From Lama glama (lineage: Eukaryota), in the NCBI GenBank assembly GCA_028534125.1, contig CM052817.1, positions 81,036,001 to 81,100,000 of the forward strand: a stretch of DNA of 64,000 nt, in the 5' to 3' direction. The translations under genes and the position numbers were made by a program. Positions within the stretch are counted from its first letter, which is position 1, and every line of letters starts with the position of its first letter. Shown in pieces: positions 61,521 to 64,000 of this stretch. A model generated the notes under the pieces. It worked only from the letters and a program-made list of their open reading frames with translations, made no database searches and had not been told where the DNA came from.

Positions 61521-62364
61521 GCTCTTCCCTCAAAATGCCTCTAGAATGAAATTTTTCTAAAGTGGATGTGGTCATGGGTGCCGGGATTATTTTGGTTTAA
61601 TTTCAACTTGAACATCAGCTCTTAGTTTAAAAGATGAAAGACAATGCAGAAGGATTTCAAAAGCCCAGAAAGGTCAGCACTTGGTTTTTAAAAATCCTAG
61701 AACTTATTTGAATCTAGTACTGCAAGATTGAGTAAGCTCTAAGGTCTTGTGATTCACTTAAGGCAACACAGAAATACTGAGAGACCTAAAATGTAAAAAT
61801 TCTGTTTTGCAATTCTTGGAACATTCCATAAAGTCATTTCAGTTTCCTGGGAAAAGAAATATGCATGTGAACAAGAATCTTTAGCAATTGATTGCATTTA
61901 TCAAAAAAAATCTGGTTCACGGAGAAACATCCCATTATTACTAGATCATTGCACAAGTCCTCTAAATATAAGTAAGTCTGCATCTGTTACAGGGAATGAG
62001 GCAGGTTTTCCAGTGACTCTGACCTGATGGTTTTCAGTGGGCTGGATATGGTGCACAACTGTAAGTGCATCATCCAAGTTTCCAGTTTGTCATTGACATT
62101 TTTGCCAAATACAAGATGTAATTGTGATAATTCATCAGCCTGTAACAATAGCCAGTAAACACATTATGACAATAAGAGGAAAAAATCTCACTTTTTATAT
62201 CCACCCACTCAAAATAACTTGGATTTCTTGCGACCAACAGCATAACTTTATTTTGTTAAATTACAATTGTGATATAAAATTTATTTCATATAAGAGAATG
62301 TAAGATGTGATTCCACCAAGCTGTAGTATTTTTATTTGGAGAACATGAGAGGCATCCCACATGA

Positions 62365-62470
62365 GTGTGAAGAGAGTGGGCTTTGGAGACCGAAGACCTG
62401 CATTAGGGTCTTGACTTTGCACTATGCTAGCACTGTGATCTTGAGCAAGAAACTTGATGCTGTTTCCAAG
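62365..62470 (+). mobile_element. MIR 5' fragment
   Basis: agtgtgaagagagtgggctttggagaccgaagacctg…cttgactttgcactatgctagcactgtgatcttgagcaag. Confidence 0.75.
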
Positions 62471-64000
62471 TACTTTGTATCCTCATGAATTCACAAAATT
62501 GAGAAGAATGGGTTTCTTGACAATCTCAGGAAACATACTTGAAGTTTTGTGACAATCATAAAAATATGTCAGAGTACTTTGAGAAAAGTAAATGTTCCCA
62601 TTTACTATTATTTGGAATGGGGTAGGAAATAATAAATTTAGAACTAATATATTAAAGGATAAAATATATTCTCTCTTAGATATTATATAATCATGAATGT
62701 TAGTGATCATGATTAAAAGTAGAACTTTTATATTATATTTAATAGAATTAATAAATATAAGCTTGTACCATTTTCAAAAGAAAATACTCTTTCAGAAAGT
62801 GATGGAAGATTTTAAACATTAATGGGTAATGTTTAAATAACAAATAATTTAAATAAAATGTGTGCTTACAGTTTACTTGGGTAAATTATATGCTAAGTAT
62901 AATTAAAATTGCAGTTGAAGAAACCTAAGAAAATCTTCTTGGGTTGAATATATAACTGATAAATTTTTTTTTATTTCAGAAGGAGGCTTTTATAGTAATA
63001 AGGTTATATACCAAAATCTATTGCTATTTTTTAAACTCTTGCTTATTCTAATTACTTATATGCAGCTGTAGTCAAAGCTAATATTTTTTAAGTATGAAAT
63101 GCAGATGAACCTTCAGGTTGCTTCAGGGTTATAATTCCTTACACATTCCACATTGATTAGATATAGAGGGGATGAAAACATTTTGCTTATAGAGGAGACT
63201 GGGCATTTTTAGCCAATCTATGAGCTAGTAGAAAATATCATTTTGCTAAGTAGGTATAATACAGCATGTATACCCTTGCCCCTTAATCCCAAAATAAAAT
63301 TCTGAATTCTACTTATAGAACAAACAAATGCAGAACAAATAACACTGTTTAATATTCAAGATGGAAACCTGAGTACTTTATTTTACATGTCAAAGAAGAA
63401 AATCACAGACAAATTAAATGGTAGAAAATTACTTTGTTTTGTCATTTAAAATGTGTCCTGCAACACAATCCCGCAGACTGTGACAAGATTAGAGAGATCT
63501 ATCTTCATTCTCTAAATGTAAAAGAAAGTCAGATAAAATGTAACCAAATTTAAAGACAATATTTGAGCTAGAAATTAATAATGTCAAATTCCTAGATTGC
63601 AGACACAAAAGGGAAAGTAAAAGCTAAACAATGAGAATTACTTAAAGCCAAATATCCCACAATATACTGAAATCAGATATACAAAGTATAGTCTTGAGCA
63701 GTGAGTGCTTCAGTCATGCACTAGTGTTAACAAATGTAAATTCTGGCTCTTGAACTGTGGAAGATAATAGTCCTGATTTAGAATTCAGTGTGCACATGTA
63801 GCCAAGAGATAATGCTTTTGCCCAATCTATAACCAGGAGCTAACCCCAGTGCCTATTTTCCATGACAGAGGAGTCAGAAAATCTTCACCCCATAGTGCCA
63901 AGATGCTATAAGAAACAGGAACAGAGCTTACCTTTTACTCAGGGAATGGCTGGAGAAAGAATTGCTCACCCAGGGAGAAACTGAAATTATAGCCAAGACT

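Noticed and set aside
1..64000. CRISPR arrays, operons, rRNA or intact tRNA genes
   Set aside because: Mammalian repeat-rich DNA. No regularly spaced repeat-spacer array or full tRNA/rRNA seen; the tRNA-like head at about 41198 is a decayed SINE.

Overview
AT-rich mammalian (eutherian, probably cetartiodactyl; camelid-like by inference) intergenic or deep-intronic DNA. I cannot support any intact protein-coding gene. The ORF track is mostly decayed LINE-1 ORF1/ORF2 fragments, microsatellite read-through and chance ORFs. The window is a mosaic of interspersed repeats: young and old L1, L2, MIR, MaLR/ERVL LTRs, one ERV1-type solo LTR, and Tigger1/MER5/MER58/MER96 DNA transposons. The one striking anomaly is a 5'-truncated, frameshifted processed pseudogene of TACC3 (about 6317-7888, minus strand), apparently inserted in an L2 remnant. 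Instead of losing its CpGs, it forms a dense CpG island. On the opposite (+) strand it carries a GC-box / CRE-like / ETS / consensus splice-donor arrangement, so it may be a retrocopy exapted as a promoter and first exon. Other notable items are a 25-nt 'tailless' U6 snRNA retrocopy with target-site duplication, and a 3'-truncated L1 5'UTR-ORF1 piece nested inside an older L1. Repeat subfamily names are recalled from consensus sequences, not computed, and boundaries are approximate unless stated.
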